This document shows, piece by piece, positions 62,275 through 64,000 of a stretch of 64,000 nucleotides of DNA. The notes under the pieces are model-generated. The model was not told the origin of the DNA. It saw only the letters and a list, made by a program, of their open reading frames with translations, and searched no databases. The DNA lies in NCBI GenBank assembly GCA_034435035.1, contig DAOTXW010000081.1, positions 72,580-136,579 of the forward strand. The letters are read 5' to 3'. Each line of letters opens with the position of its first letter. Position 1 is the first letter of the stretch. Origin of the DNA: Anaerolineae bacterium (GTDB taxonomy: Bacteria; Chloroflexota; Anaerolineae; Aggregatilineales; UBA3940). The translations under genes were made by a program, and so were the position numbers.

Positions 62275-64000
62275 GGGCGGGCGATCGTGATCTCAGCCAG
62301 GGTGATGCCATCCCCCAGCGGGCTGCCATCCGGAGCGATCACCGGCAGCCGGGCCAGAGTATCGGCGTCATACATCCCGATCCGCAGCGTGTACTGCCCC
62401 GGGGCGGCATCCGGCGGGATGGGGATCGGCCACTCATCCCAGTCGAAGTACCCCGGCAGCCAGTCATAGGTACGGTGCAGCGCATCGCCCGGTGGGCCAT
62501 CCAGCTGGGCGACCGGCTCCCCTGCCGGCGGCAGCAGGTGTGCATAGACGATGAAGTTGGCATCAGTCTCCCTCAGGGCCGACCAGTACAGCGTCAGCGC
62601 CAGTGTCTCGCCGGGAACGACAACCGCTGAGGGTAGATCATAGCCTTTGAAGATCACTGCCTCGCCCAGAAAGACATGCATCGGGTGCTGCTGGATCGGC
62701 GGCACGTGAAACACATAGCGCTCCGGCCCCTGCCATCCCCGATCCCACGGGCGGGTCAGATCGAGCACAGTTTCAACTTCGCTCAGAAACGCCCGGCTGT
62801 CATTTTCCGGGGCAAAGTAGCCGCCCCGGTAGATGTTCCGATAGTCCGCGACCAGATACTCTACCCCGGCACGGGCGAAGTCTTCCAGGCTGCGTTCATA
62901 GACCGAATCGATCTCTTCGACTACATAAATGCGCGTGCTGGGGAAACCGCCAAAGTTGCGATCAAACTCCACGTGATCCTTCTCGACCGCGATGTGCGTC
63001 CCTTCCGGCGTGCTGGCGATGAACCAGTCGGCGGTCAGGGCGCGGGTATCCGGCAGCATCATTTCGCTGCCTGCCCGCCAGTTCGCACCGATCCAGGGAA
63101 GAGTCAGCGCCAGCGCCGCCGCCAGCGTGAGCACAGGCCGCTGTCCGATCAGCAGGCCGAGCGCCAGCCCCCACAGGAGCGCAAACGCCAGCACCGCCAC
63201 GTAGCGATCCTGCACCCGGTTGGTCTGGAACAGCCCCAGCAGCACCACCGTGCTGACCATCACCGCCGTCAGCAGCCCGATCAGCGCCCACCGGATTCCC
63301 GGCAGGCGATCTCGCCGCCGGCCCAGCGCACCCAGCGGGATGGCGATCAGCGTGCCCCACAGATTCAATGGGCCGATCTGAGCCAGCAGCCCGTGCCACC
63401 CGCTCCGCAGCGAGACAAACGCCACGATCGACTCGCGCTCATACAGCTGCCGGCCGTGGAAGCGCATCAGGAAACCCGCCACCACCGACTCGCGGTCCAG
63501 CACCAGCAGGATCCCGCCCACCGCGGCCGCGGCCAGCGCGCCCAGCGCTGCCGCCCGCCAGAGAGACCGGCGCGGCGCCCAGGCCGCCAGCAGGAAGGCC
63601 GGCAGCAGCAGCAGCGGCAGCATCGTGTATTTGTTGTACACAGCAACGGCCCCGGCGAGGGCCGCCAGCAGCAGCGGGGTGCGCCGTCCGGCGCGCAGCG
63701 CATAGGCGCAGCCCAGCAGACACAGCATCCCCAGCAGCCATGACAGGTTATCCGTCTTGAGTGTCTTGGCAAAGGTAACTGCATCGGGCTGGGCCGCCAG
63801 GAAGGTCATCGCTGCCAGGCCAGCAGCGCGGCTGTGCAGCCACCTCCCAGCCTGGTAGGTGGCAGCCAGCAGCAGCAACCCGATCCATACATTCGACACG
63901 CGCCCAAAGAAGAAATAGACCGGCTGGTCCACTTGGCCGGGAGTGACCAGGTTGAGCAGGATGTGCTGCCCGGTGAGCAGGATAATGCGGGGGCGCGAGT
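62271..64000 (-). CDS. ArnT/PMT_2-like GT-C membrane glycosyltransferase with C-terminal beta-rich module; 5' end beyond window
   Basis: The frame stays open upstream of the track's GTG 63932 to nt 64000 (…RPRIILLTGQHILLNLVTPGQVDQPVYFFFGR…). The hydrophobic core is typical of the family. C-terminal module at 62271-62612. ATGA overlap with the next gene. Confidence 0.7.
   Translation of the reverse strand, partial: SRPRIILLTGQHILLNLVTPGQVDQPVYFFFGRVSNVWIGLLLLAATYQAGRWLHSRAAGLAAMTFLAAQPDAVTFAKTLKTDNLSWLLGMLCLLGCAYALRAGRRTPLLLAALAGAVAVYNKYTMLPLLLLPAFLLAAWAPRRSLWRAAALGALAAAAVGGILLVLDRESVVAGFLMRFHGRQLYERESIVAFVSLRSGWHGLLAQIGPLNLWGTLIAIPLGALGRRRDRLPGIRWALIGLLTAVMVSTVVLLGLFQTNRVQDRYVAVLAFALLWGLALGLLIGQRPVLTLAAALALTLPWIGANWRAGSEMMLPDTRALTADWFIASTPEGTHIAVEKDHVEFDRNFGGFPSTRIYVVEEIDSVYERSLEDFARAGVEYLVADYRNIYRGGYFAPENDSRAFLSEVETVLDLTRPWDRGWQGPERYVFHVPPIQQHPMHVFLGEAVIFKGYDLPSAVVVPGETLALTLYWSALRETDANFIVYAHLLPPAGEPVAQLDGPPGDALHRTYDWLPGYFDWDEWPIPIPPDAAPGQYTLRIGMYDADTLARLPVIAPDGSPLGDGITLAEITIARP

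Overview
This is a GC-rich (roughly two-thirds G+C by eye), gene-dense 64-kb chromosomal window. I call about 55 protein genes, two cis-regulatory RNAs (a TPP riboswitch and a Phe T-box), several sigma-A-type promoters and several intrinsic terminators. I saw no rRNA, tRNA, CRISPR array, transposase or integrase. The content would fit a Chloroflexota- or Actinomycetota-like organism (T-box attenuation, TTGACA-17-TATAAT promoters, lipobox lipoprotein, many GT-C membrane glycosyltransferases, REC-CpaE-like regulators), but I cannot verify the lineage.

Housekeeping blocks:
- aminotransferase and a PotA-like ABC ATPase
- lgt
- TPP riboswitch, then thiamine pyrophosphokinase and a thiXYZ-like transporter
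- mreB-mreC-mreD-mrdA
- tsaB-rimI
- PGI/PMI, methyltransferase and IMPase
- T-box, then pheST
- ilvE
- a split nitrilase-like gene plus nadE
- glmU, cdd and recO
- rhodanese and sufE

Most unusual observations:
1. At least four tandem GT-C-fold membrane glycosyltransferase paralogs (54495 to beyond 64000, minus strand) are joined by ATGA stop/start overlaps. One is a two-module fusion. Three of them share an unnamed ~100-aa C-terminal module that also occurs in a fifth GT-C protein elsewhere in the window.
2. That fifth protein (DUF2723-like, 15267..18227) is translationally coupled to PBP2 at the end of the mreBCD-mrdA operon, in the slot where rodA usually sits.
3. A terminator-bracketed operon encodes a small acidic protein, a membrane-anchored double-HKD PLD enzyme and an 896-aa HerA/FtsK-type ATPase.
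4. A DnaB-C-terminal-only ATPase is co-transcribed with a Pro/Thr-rich surface protein, next to an FHA gene.
5. Two response regulators carry catalytically degenerate output domains.
6. There is a sharp intragenic switch to extreme C/G strand skew (59245..60020).

Limits: all homology calls are motif recognition by eye, and coordinates of promoters and RNA structures were derived by hand. Many long antisense ORFs in the track are high-GC shadow ORFs and were rejected.
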